A stretch of DNA of 64,000 nt from Pseudomonadota bacterium (GTDB lineage: Bacteria > Pseudomonadota > Gammaproteobacteria > Xanthomonadales > SZUA-38): the NCBI GenBank assembly GCA_039195135.1, contig JBCCVP010000009.1:1629-65628 (forward strand), in the 5' to 3' direction. This document shows, in pieces, positions 29,949 to 39,424 of this stretch (the first letter of the stretch is position 1; each line of letters begins with the position of its first letter). Under the pieces are notes generated by a model. It saw only the letters and a program-made list of their open reading frames with translations. It was not told the DNA's origin and did no database searches. The translations under genes and the position numbers were made by a program.

Positions 29949-30893
29949 GTGGATACCGAACACTTAAGACTTTTTGTGATGGCAGCGGAGCTGCTCAACA
30001 TCAGCGCCGCCGGCCGGAAGCTAGGGCTTGCGCCGGCGGTGGCAAGCGCTCGCCTGGCGCGGCTTGAAAAATCGGTTGGCGCCGATCTGCTGCACCGTTC
30101 CACCCGCAAAGTGTCCCTGTCCCGGGAAGGCGCTGAGTTTCTGCCCTTTGCCCGGGAGATCCTGGCGCAGGAGGATGCGGCCCGGGCGGCGCTCGGCTAC
30201 GGCAGCGCTGAGCTTACCGGCGTGTTGCGCTTTGCCTGTTCAAGCACTTTTGCTCAGCTCTATGTAGCCCCTCTGCTGCCCGAGTTTCTTCGCCGCCATC
30301 CGGAGCTGCGGCTGGAGCTGCGCCTGTCGGACACGCAGATGGACCTGATTGAGGGCGCCTACGATCTGGCGCTGCGCAATCTGGCCATCGAAGACAGCAG
30401 CCTGCGGGCTCGCAAGCTGGCGGACGATCGCCGGATTCTGTGTGCCTCCCCCGGCTATCTGGCGCGGGCGGGGACGCCGGCAACGCCGGAGCAGCTGCAC
30501 GGTCATCAGCTGCTGGCCTTTCAGGAAGGCGCCAGCCGCAAGCTGTCGGCCGGCGATGATCGGCCCCACCACCTTTTCCCGCCACCGGGTAGTAACGCCC
30601 GCATGGCCTGTGATGACGGCGCCAGCCTGCGGATTGCAACGCGCGCTGGCGCCGGCATCTCGATCAATTCGCTGTGGAGCGTCCGAGCTGATCTCGACGC
30701 GGGAGATCTGGTTCGGGTGCTGCCGGACTACGAGGTGGACGATGGATCCGCCATCTGGCTGGTGTATCCCAAATCCAACGTACTGACGGCCAAGGTACGG
30801 GTGCTGATCGACTTCCTGCTGGAGCAGCTGGGCGACCCGCCCGTATGGGAGCGTCCCACAGCCGGCTGTTTGTCTTCGGATTCGGAAAACTGA
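29949..30893 (+). CDS. LysR family transcriptional regulator
   Basis: GTG start. The HTH is LRLFVMAAELLNISAAGRKLGLAPAVASARLARLE, followed by a LysR substrate domain. Confidence 0.9.
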   Translation: MDTEHLRLFVMAAELLNISAAGRKLGLAPAVASARLARLEKSVGADLLHRSTRKVSLSREGAEFLPFAREILAQEDAARAALGYGSAELTGVLRFACSSTFAQLYVAPLLPEFLRRHPELRLELRLSDTQMDLIEGAYDLALRNLAIEDSSLRARKLADDRRILCASPGYLARAGTPATPEQLHGHQLLAFQEGASRKLSAGDDRPHHLFPPPGSNARMACDDGASLRIATRAGAGISINSLWSVRADLDAGDLVRVLPDYEVDDGSAIWLVYPKSNVLTAKVRVLIDFLLEQLGDPPVWERPTAGCLSSDSEN

Positions 30894-30971
30894 ATCCTGG
30901 CTCCGGTGCTTGTTGCGGCTATCCCCGCCGCTAAGCTCGTGGCGTTCCCTGATATGACCCCGGAGACTGAA

Positions 30972-31958
30972 ATGAAGGCCATGATTCTCAACGCCTACGG
31001 CGCGGAAGCATCATTCGAGGCGGCAGACCTGCCGGAACCGGTACTCAAGCCCGGGCATGTGCAGCTCAACATTGCCGCTACCAGCGTGAATACGGTAGAC
31101 ACCATGATCCGCGCCGCTGGCAAAGATCTGCCCCTGTCGCCAGATCTGCCGGCGCTGCTGGGGATGGACTTTGCCGGCACCGTGCAGGCGGTGGCCAGCG
31201 ACGTGAGTCACTTTGAGCCTGGGGATGAGGTGTACGGCTGCGCCGGCGGCCTGGCAGATCTGCCCGGCGCGCTGGCGGAATCCATGGTGGTGGATGCCCG
31301 GTTGATCGCGCGCAAACCCGGGTCCCTCACCCTGCGCCAGGCGGCAGCCCTGCCGCTGGTTGGCATCACCGCTCAGGAGGGGCTTCAGCGAGCCGGGGTC
31401 AGCGCCGGGCAGAAGGTGCTGGTGCATGGCGGTACCGGTGGTGTGGGTCATGTAGCGGTGCAGCTGGCGGTAGCGGCCGGCGCGGAGGTATTTGCCACCG
31501 TGAGCAACGATGCGGCGGCGGACATCGTCGCTGGCTACGGCGCCACCCCGATCAACTACCAGACCCAGTCGGTGGATGAGTATGTGGCGGAACACACCGG
31601 CGGTGCGGGCTTCGATGTGGTTTACGATTCGGTCGGCGGCGCCAACATGGTCAACTCGTTTGCCGCGGCAACCCTCAACGGCCACGTCGTCTCCACCGTC
31701 TCGCTGCTGGAAATGGACCTGTCTCTGGTTCACTTCAAAGGCCTCTCGCTGCACGTGGTGTTTATGCTGATTCCCATGCTGCACAACGTGGGCCGCGAGG
31801 ACCACGGGGTCATCCTCAAGCAGCTGGCCCAGGCGGCGGACGCCGGGGCCTTAACGCCGCTGCTTGATGAGCGTTCGTTTGAGCTTGGCGACGCTGGTGC
31901 GGCCTACGATCATCTGGTCAGCGGTCAGGCAGTCGGGAAAATCGTCATCAACATCTAG
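30972..31958 (+). CDS. zinc-type/quinone oxidoreductase (MDR superfamily)
   Basis: MKAMILNAYG..., GHVQLNIAATSVN, VLVHGGTGGVGHVAVQLA. Confidence 0.85.
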   Translation: MKAMILNAYGAEASFEAADLPEPVLKPGHVQLNIAATSVNTVDTMIRAAGKDLPLSPDLPALLGMDFAGTVQAVASDVSHFEPGDEVYGCAGGLADLPGALAESMVVDARLIARKPGSLTLRQAAALPLVGITAQEGLQRAGVSAGQKVLVHGGTGGVGHVAVQLAVAAGAEVFATVSNDAAADIVAGYGATPINYQTQSVDEYVAEHTGGAGFDVVYDSVGGANMVNSFAAATLNGHVVSTVSLLEMDLSLVHFKGLSLHVVFMLIPMLHNVGREDHGVILKQLAQAADAGALTPLLDERSFELGDAGAAYDHLVSGQAVGKIVINI

Positions 31959-32033
31959 CGGTACGCCCCTGGGATGTGGGCGTGGCATTGTGTAGCCTGA
32001 CACCAGCGAGGGGCTGGACAGCGGAGGCTATGA

Positions 32034-32705
32034 ATGTTGCGCCCGATAACTGCTTGGGTGTTTTTGTGCTGGCTTGCCGCGGCGCCGCTGGCGTCGGCGG
32101 AAAACGAGGGTAGCCAGCTTTATCGCGCCATCACCGTGCGCGCCGCCCCCGGCGCTTTTGCCGAGCTGCTGGACTGGGTGGCGCCGCGCAACGGCCGGCA
32201 GTTTTACGTCATGCGTCACTCCCAGGGCGACCAGTGGGATCTCATGATCCTCCTGCCGCTGGAGACCATGTCGCTAAAGTCGCCGCTGGCGGAAATTGAT
32301 CGTCTGATCGCGTTCCAGGAAGACAACTTTGCCTACGGGCCGCCGGCAGACACCGTGGCGTCCCAATATCGCCGCAGCGGTCTGTTCCACGTTGAGGTGT
32401 TTTCTGCCCTGGCGGGCAAAAAGGAAGCGCTGCTGGACCAGCGCCGGCGTGAGAACGCTTATCTTGAGGCAACCGGCCAGCAGACCAACCTGATTTTCCG
32501 CAGTGCCGCCGGCAGCGATATCGATGTGTTCACGATCGGCTTTCATCGCTCCCTCAAGACGTTTGCGGCGGCGTCCCCGCCAAGCGAGGAGGCGGCGGAA
32601 GAAGCCGCCCGGGCGGCTGGGTTCAAAAACCGTGCGGACCTTTCCTTTTCGCTGCGGGCCCTGATTTCGAGCCACCGCGACACGCTGGCTACCCGAATCC
32701 AGTAA
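32034..32705 (+). CDS. hypothetical secreted protein
   Basis: Signal peptide MLRPITAWVFLCWLAAAPLASA. No family recognised. Confidence 0.5.
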   Translation: MLRPITAWVFLCWLAAAPLASAENEGSQLYRAITVRAAPGAFAELLDWVAPRNGRQFYVMRHSQGDQWDLMILLPLETMSLKSPLAEIDRLIAFQEDNFAYGPPADTVASQYRRSGLFHVEVFSALAGKKEALLDQRRRENAYLEATGQQTNLIFRSAAGSDIDVFTIGFHRSLKTFAAASPPSEEAAEEAARAAGFKNRADLSFSLRALISSHRDTLATRIQ

Positions 32706-32715
32706 CTCTCCGCCG

Positions 32716-33423
32716 GTGATCTACCTTTTCATCGTCGCCACGCTGATCACTCTGGTGATCAACCTGCGGCCCGCGTTTGAGCTACCGTCGGAGGCCGACG
32801 TGTCCCGCATGCTCAGCGGCGATCTGCGCTATCGCAAGAGCCTGTTTCGCCTGTTTGGTTCTATGGGGCTTGGCCTGCTTTTCATGGGCGTTGCCGCCTT
32901 CTTTGCCATTTCGGACGTGACGCCGTCGGACCCGACGCTGGTGTTCGGCCTGCTGTTCTACTACCCGGCTTACTACTGGGTCTCGGCGCTGGGGTATTCG
33001 GAGGTGGCAGCCTGGGTGCTCAAGGAACGCTTTGCCTTTGATGACCCGAAGCTACGGCCGAGACTGTTTGCCATCACCCGGGATCGGGCGCAGCGGGTCC
33101 ACGCCATCATGGCGGTGCTGTTTTCGCTTGTCCTGATCGGCAAAACTGAAATCAGCGACGTTTGGGCCGCGGTGATCGTTGGCATCACGGTGCTGGGCTG
33201 GATGGCCTGGATCCCGGTAAATTTCTACTACTTCAAATCTACGGCCAAAGCCATTGAGCTCGCTTATCCGGACCAGTTTCGACCGGGCATTACCGCGGTG
33301 CTGGTCGGCATCGGATTTGCGTTCCACATGATGCTTGGCCTGTTCGTACCGTTTTTGATTATCGCCGCCCCGTTTGTGCTGCCAAAAATTCTGCGCCGAG
33401 ACCGGGAGCTGGCGCCCACCTGA
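32716..33423 (+). CDS. hypothetical integral membrane protein
   Basis: GTG start with about 6 hydrophobic segments. No family recognised. Confidence 0.5.
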   Translation: MIYLFIVATLITLVINLRPAFELPSEADVSRMLSGDLRYRKSLFRLFGSMGLGLLFMGVAAFFAISDVTPSDPTLVFGLLFYYPAYYWVSALGYSEVAAWVLKERFAFDDPKLRPRLFAITRDRAQRVHAIMAVLFSLVLIGKTEISDVWAAVIVGITVLGWMAWIPVNFYYFKSTAKAIELAYPDQFRPGITAVLVGIGFAFHMMLGLFVPFLIIAAPFVLPKILRRDRELAPT

Positions 33424-33540
33424 CCGGGCCTACGGATCCGCAGATCCAGACGAAAACGAAGATTTTGAATCCAAATCGCAAACGGCTGCGAAAGCCTTCC
33501 TGTGCGCACCCCTATTTCTCACTATTTTGGAGCACAGAAA

Positions 33541-34323
33541 ATGAAAAACGCGATTTGCGCTGTTGCCGTGGCCCTCGTGGTGGTCGGCAGCCCGGTTCAG
33601 GCTGGTGGTCACGCCAGCAGCAGTAACACGATTGTCGACGTCGCCGCCTCCGCGGGCCAGTTTGGCACCCTGCTGGCCGCTGCCAAGGCGGCGGGCCTGG
33701 CGGACGCCCTGGCCGGTGAAGGTCCTCTGACGGTCTTTGCCCCCACCGATGACGCGTTTGCCGCACTGCCCGAAGGCACCGTGGAAACCCTGCTCAAGCC
33801 GGAAAACAAAGATCAGCTGGTCAGCATTCTCACCTATCATGTGGCGCCGGCGCGGCTGAAAGCGGCTGACGTGGTGGGCCTTAATGAGGTGGACACGCTG
33901 AACGGCCAATCGCCCGCCGTGACGGTGAACGGCAGCCGGGTGAAGATCAACGATGCGAACGTGGTGAAGGTAGATATCATGGCCAGCAATGGCATCATTC
34001 ACGTCATTGACAAGGTGCTGCTGCCGCCGGAGCAGCAGGCCGCCGTGGCCCCGGCCATGCAGGTGATTGAGCAGGCCATTGCCCGGGGCGCGCCGCTTTA
34101 CAACGCCGGCCACGCCCGGGCCTGCTCCGAGATCTACCAGATGGCTGCGGTGAGCCTGCTGGCTTACGAGGACACGCTGGACCGGCGCGATCGTCGCCGC
34201 CTGACCATGGCCCTGGACCGGGTGGAGAAAACCCACAGTCAGGATCGGCGTGCCTGGATCATGCGGGACGCGCTGGATGCGGTTTACCATGGCAGCAGCA
34301 TGCCGCTGCTGTCCGCTCGCTGA
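33541..34323 (+). CDS. secreted fasciclin (FAS1) domain protein with an extra helical C-terminal domain of about 100 aa
   Basis: MKNAICAVAVALVVVGSPVQA, then TVFAPTDDAFAALP...LTYHV...NGIIHVIDKVLLP. Confidence 0.85.
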   Translation: MKNAICAVAVALVVVGSPVQAGGHASSSNTIVDVAASAGQFGTLLAAAKAAGLADALAGEGPLTVFAPTDDAFAALPEGTVETLLKPENKDQLVSILTYHVAPARLKAADVVGLNEVDTLNGQSPAVTVNGSRVKINDANVVKVDIMASNGIIHVIDKVLLPPEQQAAVAPAMQVIEQAIARGAPLYNAGHARACSEIYQMAAVSLLAYEDTLDRRDRRRLTMALDRVEKTHSQDRRAWIMRDALDAVYHGSSMPLLSAR

Positions 34324-34341
34324 GCGCGCGGAATCACCACA

Positions 34342-34363
34342 GGCGGGCTCAGCTGAGCCCGCC
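34342..34363. terminator. perfect 22 nt palindrome hairpin after the fasciclin gene
   Basis: GGCGGGCTCAG|CTGAGCCCGCC. There is no T tract. It lies 12 nt before the sigma gene. Confidence 0.4.
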
Positions 34364-34374
34364 GCCATGATTGA

Positions 34375-34899
34375 ATGAGCCAGTCATTACTTAAACAAAT
34401 TGCGGCCGGTCACCCAGGTGCCGTGCAGCGCTGCGTAGACGCGTATGGCGCGCGCATCTGGTCGCTGGCCCGGCGGCATCTGCCGACGGCGGCGGACGCA
34501 GAGGATGCGGTGCAGGAGGCATTTATGGACCTATGGAAGTCCGCCCATCGTTTTGACCCGGAGCGGGCGGAAGAGTCAACGTTTGTGTTGATGATCGCCC
34601 GCCGCCGGATTATCGACCGAAGCCGGCGTATACCTCCGCCGGAGCACCCGGCGGCGGAGGAGATGCCCTGGCGCAGTTCCCACGAGGCGGTGGAGGCCTC
34701 GGCGGAGCTGCAGACCGTTTCCCGCGTGCTCGAGGGCCTGGACAGTCCGCAGCGGGAGGTGATCGCCATGGCGGTTTGCGGCGGCTACAGCCATGCTGCC
34801 ATTGCGCAGCACCTGAGTATTCCCCTGGGCACCGCAAAAACGCTGCTACGTCGTGGCCTCAAGGCCGTGCGAAGCGCGCTGGCAGGGGTGACCCCGTGA
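34375..34899 (+). CDS. ECF (sigma-70 family group 4) sigma factor
   Basis: Region 2 is DAEDAVQEAFMDLWKSAHRFDP. Region 4 is YSHAAIAQHLSIPLGTAKTLLRRGL. Confidence 0.9.
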   Translation: MSQSLLKQIAAGHPGAVQRCVDAYGARIWSLARRHLPTAADAEDAVQEAFMDLWKSAHRFDPERAEESTFVLMIARRRIIDRSRRIPPPEHPAAEEMPWRSSHEAVEASAELQTVSRVLEGLDSPQREVIAMAVCGGYSHAAIAQHLSIPLGTAKTLLRRGLKAVRSALAGVTP

Positions 34900-35576
34900 G
34901 CAATTCCATGAATGAAAAGATCACATCGTCCACCGAATATGCCGAGGCCGCCCTGGAACGGGCGATTGCCGGCGATCACGCCGACCAGGAACTCCCGGCG
35001 GCGCTTCGGGCAAAGCTGATTGACGACGGCCAGGCGTTTTTTACCCGGCAGCGCCAGCCGCAGGCTTCCGTGCGTCGACCGCGCGTCAGCTGGTGGGCCC
35101 GGCCCGCGTTGGGCTGGGGTGTGGCCTGTGCGTGCCTGCTGGTGTTGGTGGTGCTCGCTCCCTGGCGGCCCCAGCCAGGCCTAGCTCCCGAGGCATCGCT
35201 GGCGGCGCTGGACCGGGCACTGGAGTCCCGCCCTGGCGTGGTGGAGCTCAACTGGCGGGGCATGGGTGATCCCGCCTTTGAAAACGTCAGCGGCTACGTG
35301 CGCTGGGATGCGGCGGCCCAGCAGGGCGTGATGCGGCTGGCGGGCCTGCCGGCCAATGACCCGGGTCAGACTCAGTATCAGCTGTGGATCGTTGATCCCG
35401 ACCGGGACGCCAACCCGGTAGACGGCGGCGTGTTTGATCTCAGCGCCGGGGACAACCTGGTGGCGATTGACGCCAAGCTTCAGATTCTTGAGGCCAAGGC
35501 TTTTGCCATCACGCTGGAGCAGCCAGGTGGCGTGGTGGTATCCGAAGGTCCGCTGCTGGTGATTGCCAGCGGCTGA
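34896..35576 (+). CDS. anti-sigma factor, RskA-like (single TM, C-terminal anti-sigma-K domain)
   Basis: GTGA overlap with the sigma stop (or ATG at 34908). There is one TM segment. The C-terminus reads YQLWIVD...PVDGGVF...FAITLEQPGG. Confidence 0.7.
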   Translation: MSNSMNEKITSSTEYAEAALERAIAGDHADQELPAALRAKLIDDGQAFFTRQRQPQASVRRPRVSWWARPALGWGVACACLLVLVVLAPWRPQPGLAPEASLAALDRALESRPGVVELNWRGMGDPAFENVSGYVRWDAAAQQGVMRLAGLPANDPGQTQYQLWIVDPDRDANPVDGGVFDLSAGDNLVAIDAKLQILEAKAFAITLEQPGGVVVSEGPLLVIASG

Positions 35577-35579
35577 GGA

Positions 35580-36278
35580 TCAGGCGCCGCGCAGCAGCTG
35601 CTCCAGGTAGCGATAGCCGGCCGCCATGGGTTCAATCAGCGGGATGCCGCGATCTTCGAGCATCGCGGCGGTCGGCGCCATGCAGGTGCAGCCGAGGATA
35701 ATCACCTCCGCCCCTTCGCGAGTCAGCGCGGCGCGGCAGGCGTTTTCGATCTGGCTGATCGACGTCAGCGCGCAGCCCCGCATCTGCTGAACAAAGTTGT
35801 CCGGTTCCGCTAACGTTGCCAGCGCCTCGTCGTCGGACAGATGGTGTATCCCCACACACTGATTGTCTGCATCGCAGAACCCGAGCACCGCGTCATAGAT
35901 AAATCGCATCTGCGGCGGCCAGATTGTGACGATGGCAAATCGCTGGTGGGTGCTTAGCGCCGTTCGGATGCTGCCTTCACCGGCGCCGGTCACGGTGATC
36001 GGTCCGCTCTGGCGGAGCGCCGCCAGACCATAGTCACCGACCGTATTGATGTAGGCGCCGGCGTAGCCCTGAGTTGCGGCGCTGCCGGCGGCGGTGACGT
36101 AGGCCCCTTCGCAGATTTTGCGAGAGGATGTGTCCAGAGGAAACACCGCCCCCGGCACTTCCATGATCTCAGGCTGAGAGTGCTGGGCTGCCTGAACAAT
36201 GGGGTCTGGCACCGCGGGCAAACCATCCGGTGCGTCACCCGTGCCGAGGACAGCAATCTGGCGCCGTTCAGACGTCAT
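35580..36278 (-). CDS. Asp/Glu/hydantoin racemase family protein
   Basis: GGAG RBS, start MTSERRQIAVLG. The C-terminal block is EVIILGCTCMAP...GIPLIEP. Confidence 0.6.
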   Translation of the reverse strand: MTSERRQIAVLGTGDAPDGLPAVPDPIVQAAQHSQPEIMEVPGAVFPLDTSSRKICEGAYVTAAGSAATQGYAGAYINTVGDYGLAALRQSGPITVTGAGEGSIRTALSTHQRFAIVTIWPPQMRFIYDAVLGFCDADNQCVGIHHLSDDEALATLAEPDNFVQQMRGCALTSISQIENACRAALTREGAEVIILGCTCMAPTAAMLEDRGIPLIEPMAAGYRYLEQLLRGA

Positions 36279-36385
36279 GAAATCTCCAGGGCTGCGGCCA
36301 GCCGGCGGCGCTGGTCCGCTGATATTGCTCAATCTACCCTGTCCCGTGCCCGACGATCAAAGCACTTGCTAGGTCCGCCAGTTCA

Positions 36386-38296
36386 CTACCGCGGCAGCGC
36401 CAATGCGATCAAAAAGTCACCCGGCATCTCCGTGCCTTCGCGGGAGCCTCCCGCGGCCACCACAACATATTGGCGGCCCTGGTGCCGGTAGCTCATCGGA
36501 GAGGCATGGATGCCGGCGGGCATTGGGATTTTGGCGACGGACGTACCGGTGGAAACATCCATAGCGACCAGTGAGCGGTCCCAGGATGACGCTGCGAATA
36601 CGAGATCGCCGGCGGTGATCAGCGGGCCGCCGGACAAAGTAGAGCCCCACTTCGATGCTTCCGCATGGTCCGCCAGCCAGGGGAAAGGCGGGGCGGCGCT
36701 TTCCCAGAGGCGCTTGCCGCCCTGAAGATCAATGGCGACCCAGGTGCCCCAGGGGCCCCGCAGGCAGGGCAACAAAAGATCGGGGTTAAAAAGGTTGAAC
36801 CGGTTCATGCCGTAGGGTGTGCCTGCCTGCGCGGTAAATTCCACGTCCTGGCTGCCACCCTCTTCATTCGCCTCGCGGCGGGCAAACTCATTCCTCGGCA
36901 CCAGCTGTACCACCGTCGGCAGGCGGTTGAGTGCCAGCACCGCAATCTGACGCTCCCGGTGGATGGCGACGCTGCCCCAGTTGGTACCTCCGGCATTTCC
37001 GGGATAAAGCACCGTACCTTCCAGGCTGGGGGGTGTGAACGGACCTTCATAGCGTCGGCCCTTGAGCAGCTTTTCGCAGTGCCGGCGGTGTTCGGGACTA
37101 TGATCCCAGAGCTTCATCGACTCGGGATGGAGCTTGAGGTCCGCAGACGGCATGGGTTGGCTGGGAGAGGAAACTTCGCCCGGCACCTGAGTCTTCGGCA
37201 CCGGGTGTTCCCGGACGGGGTAAACCGGCTCGCCGGTCGCGCGGTCGAAGCCGAAAAAGTAGCCCATTTTAGTCGCCTGGAGCACGACGGCGCGCTGTTG
37301 GCCGCTGCGTTGTACGTGCGCCAGCGCAGGCTGGGAGGCCAGATCATAGTCCCAGAGATCATGGTGCACGGTCTGAAAGTGCCAGGCCACCTGGCCCGTT
37401 TGCAGGTCCACCGCCACAAGCGAGTTGGCAAAGCGATTGTCACCCAGGCGCTCGCCGCCAAAAAAATCGGGTGCGGGACTGGTCGTGGGCAGGTAAGCAA
37501 GCTGTCGGGTTTCATCGACGGCGGCCATCGACCACACGTTGGCGGCGCCGGTGCGTCGGGCCTGCGTGAGGGTCCAGCGAGATGCCATGGGGTGATCGTC
37601 GGATTTGGGAATCGGGTCGAAGGCCCAGCGGAGCTCGCCGCTGCGGCCATCAAAAGCGCGAATTGTTCCTGGCTCCATTTCGACGCCGCCGTTGTCGCCG
37701 ATCGACGAGCCCACAATGACCAGCCCACCGGCAACCGTTGGCGGCGAGGTCAGTGCGTACTCTCCCCGGCGGAAATGGCGAATACCCGCCGACAGGTCAA
37801 CTTCTCCGTTTTTTCCAAACGCGCGGCAGCGCCGGCCGGTGGTCCCGTCGAGCGCGATGAGTCGCGCATCCAGCGTACCGAGATAGATGGTCACCGCGCA
37901 GGGTTTTCCGGCCGTCCCCCGGCCCGCCGCCACGCCCCGGGCGGTGAACAGCTCCGAGTAGCTGCGCCCGAAATCGACCTCGGGGTCGAAGCGCCAGATC
38001 AGGCGGCCCGTGTCGGGTTCCAGCGCGTACACCCGGTTGAAGCCGGAAACGACGTATAGGCGACCGTCGACATAGATCGGGGTCGCTTTAAACGAGCTTT
38101 TGCGGGAGTGGCTGCTGCCGTCTGCCGCATCGCCGGTACGAAATTGCCAGGCCTGCTGCAGCGAACCGGCGTTGGCTGTGGTGATCTGGGTATGGGGGGA
38201 ATAGCGATCGCCCGCCAGCGTGGCGCCGACGTGCTCCCAGCTGCGGTCCGGCGCCGCAGCTGCCGCCAGCGTCGCGATCATTAGAAGCGCTTTCAT
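36386..38296 (-). CDS. periplasmic PQQ-dependent dehydrogenase (quinoprotein beta-propeller)
   Basis: Signal peptide MKALLMIATLAAAAAP. Repeated W-motif propeller blades. Length of about 636 aa is typical of glucose/alcohol quinoprotein dehydrogenases. Confidence 0.8.
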   Translation of the reverse strand: MKALLMIATLAAAAAPDRSWEHVGATLAGDRYSPHTQITTANAGSLQQAWQFRTGDAADGSSHSRKSSFKATPIYVDGRLYVVSGFNRVYALEPDTGRLIWRFDPEVDFGRSYSELFTARGVAAGRGTAGKPCAVTIYLGTLDARLIALDGTTGRRCRAFGKNGEVDLSAGIRHFRRGEYALTSPPTVAGGLVIVGSSIGDNGGVEMEPGTIRAFDGRSGELRWAFDPIPKSDDHPMASRWTLTQARRTGAANVWSMAAVDETRQLAYLPTTSPAPDFFGGERLGDNRFANSLVAVDLQTGQVAWHFQTVHHDLWDYDLASQPALAHVQRSGQQRAVVLQATKMGYFFGFDRATGEPVYPVREHPVPKTQVPGEVSSPSQPMPSADLKLHPESMKLWDHSPEHRRHCEKLLKGRRYEGPFTPPSLEGTVLYPGNAGGTNWGSVAIHRERQIAVLALNRLPTVVQLVPRNEFARREANEEGGSQDVEFTAQAGTPYGMNRFNLFNPDLLLPCLRGPWGTWVAIDLQGGKRLWESAAPPFPWLADHAEASKWGSTLSGGPLITAGDLVFAASSWDRSLVAMDVSTGTSVAKIPMPAGIHASPMSYRHQGRQYVVVAAGGSREGTEMPGDFLIALALPR

Positions 38297-38448
38297 GGTC
38301 AATCCCCGTGTCGGTCGCCACCACCGTGCGGCCCCATCGCGCGGGAAACAAGCGTTTTGGGTTGAACGGCAGATTTTTGCCACAAGCGGCGGCCGTCGCG
38401 TTCGGGTGTCCGTTTCGGTGGTCGGGTTCAGGTTGATAGGCGCCGAGA

Positions 38449-39015
38449 TCAGTTGATCCGAAATCGACTCTCCTGACTTACCTGCGCCTTAAGGAATGCC
38501 ATCTGGTCGGCCAGAATGCGTCGATTCGACAGAATCAGTCCTTCCGCCACGTTCGGGACATACGGGATCGCGAGCAGCTTCATGCGCAGTTCGCTGAGCA
38601 GTCTGCTGCCTTTACGCTGATTGCAGGCGCGGCACGCTGTCACCACGTTTTCCCAACGATCTCGGCCGCCTCGAGCTACGGGAATCACGTGGTCCCGGGT
38701 GAGCCAGGCCGGCGGCAGCACCTCCCCGCAGTACAGACACATGTGCCGATCCCGCTGAAACAGGCGCGCGTTGGTCAATGCGGGTACATCCCGTTGTTTC
38801 CGCCCGTTCCGGTTCCGGAAACGGGTCGCGACAATCGTATTCAGGTCCAGCCGAGACCGCTTCCCGGTCGCCCGCGAAACGCCGCCGCGCAGGCACAAGG
38901 TCGCTGCGCCGGCCTCCCAGGCGACCCGGTCCAGGCAGTACAGCGTGGCGCACTGCTCCCGGGTCAGCCAGCCCAGCGGCAGGCCGGCAATATCCAGTTT
39001 TAAAATCCACACCAT
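38449..39015 (-). CDS. HNH endonuclease family protein (188 aa)
   Basis: CLYCG...LTRDHVIPVARGG...WENVVTACRACNQRKG. AAGGAG RBS at 39028-39023, 7 nt before the ATG. Confidence 0.85.
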   Translation of the reverse strand: MVWILKLDIAGLPLGWLTREQCATLYCLDRVAWEAGAATLCLRGGVSRATGKRSRLDLNTIVATRFRNRNGRKQRDVPALTNARLFQRDRHMCLYCGEVLPPAWLTRDHVIPVARGGRDRWENVVTACRACNQRKGSRLLSELRMKLLAIPYVPNVAEGLILSNRRILADQMAFLKAQVSQESRFRIN

Positions 39016-39020
39016 CGTTT

Positions 39021-39052
39021 TGCTCCTTGAGAATGTGGATGTGTGAAGGGCC
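39021..39052 (-). repeat. 3' arm of the long-range stem (inverted copy of the boxA/GU-rich leader segment); contains the HNH Shine-Dalgarno
   Basis: The plus strand TGCTCCTTGAGAATGTGGATGTGTGAAGGGCC compares with the reverse complement of 40805-40836. The core 16/16 match is at 39032-39047. About 27 of 32 positions can pair, counting one G-U. Confidence 0.7.
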
Positions 39053-39057
39053 TTGAT

Positions 39058-39135
39058 TGGTAGCCGCCCTCGGACTCGAACCGAGAATCGCCTGTTTCTG
39101 AAACAGGCAGGTATGCCAATTCCCGTCAGACGGCT
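39058..39135 (-). tRNA. tRNA-like gene, anticodon CAG (Leu) on a class I scaffold with a weak D-stem; CCA encoded
   Basis: T-arm CTCGG-TTCGAGT-CCGAG. Acceptor AGCCGTC/GGCGGCT with A73. Anticodon arm CCTGT-TTCAGAA-ACAGG. The variable loop is only 5 nt. The D-loop GAATTGG is Leu-like, but only 2 of 4 D-stem pairs form. Confidence 0.55.
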
Positions 39136-39142
39136 TTGTTTG

Positions 39143-39213
39143 AGACGCTGCCCGGATTCGAACCGGGATTTGAGGATTTGCAGTCCTCCGCCTTACCCTT
39201 CGGCCACAGCGTC
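39143..39213 (-). tRNA. tRNA-Cys (GCA)
   Basis: Clean cloverleaf. Anticodon loop CTGCAAA, U73 discriminator, G13-A22 mismatch as in other tRNA-Cys. CCA is not encoded. Confidence 0.85.
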
Positions 39214-39223
39214 GTTCCAAAAG

Positions 39224-39299
39224 TGGACCGCCTGGAGGGACTCGAACCCCCGGCCTGCCGGTTCGTAACCGGCTGCTCTTCCAGCTGAGCTACAGACGG
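39224..39299 (-). tRNA. tRNA-Arg (ACG)
   Basis: 76 nt canonical cloverleaf. Anticodon loop TTACGAA, A20 present, CCA encoded, unusual C1-G72. Confidence 0.85.
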
Positions 39300-39303
39300 T
39301 AGT

Positions 39304-39378
39304 TGGTTTGAACCATCGGACTCGAACCGATATCTCCAGGGTCACGACCTGACGCTTTACCCTTAAGCTAGGCTCAAC
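39304..39378 (-). tRNA. tRNA-His (GUG)-like with encoded G-1, A73 and C33
   Basis: All four stems form well. The anticodon loop TCGTGAC has C at position 33. G precedes U1. CCA is encoded. Confidence 0.65.
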
Positions 39379-39424
39379 ACCGTGGGAGCCCGAAGAGTTG
39401 TCAAATCCCTGGCTCCGAAAAAAT

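Noticed and set aside
38449-39015. HNH gene plus adjacent structured RNA read as a HEARO/IsrB (OMEGA) system.
   Set aside because: The protein is only 188 aa and has no RuvC-like or PLMP segments. The adjacent RNA is a tRNA array, not an omega-RNA-like 5' UTR.
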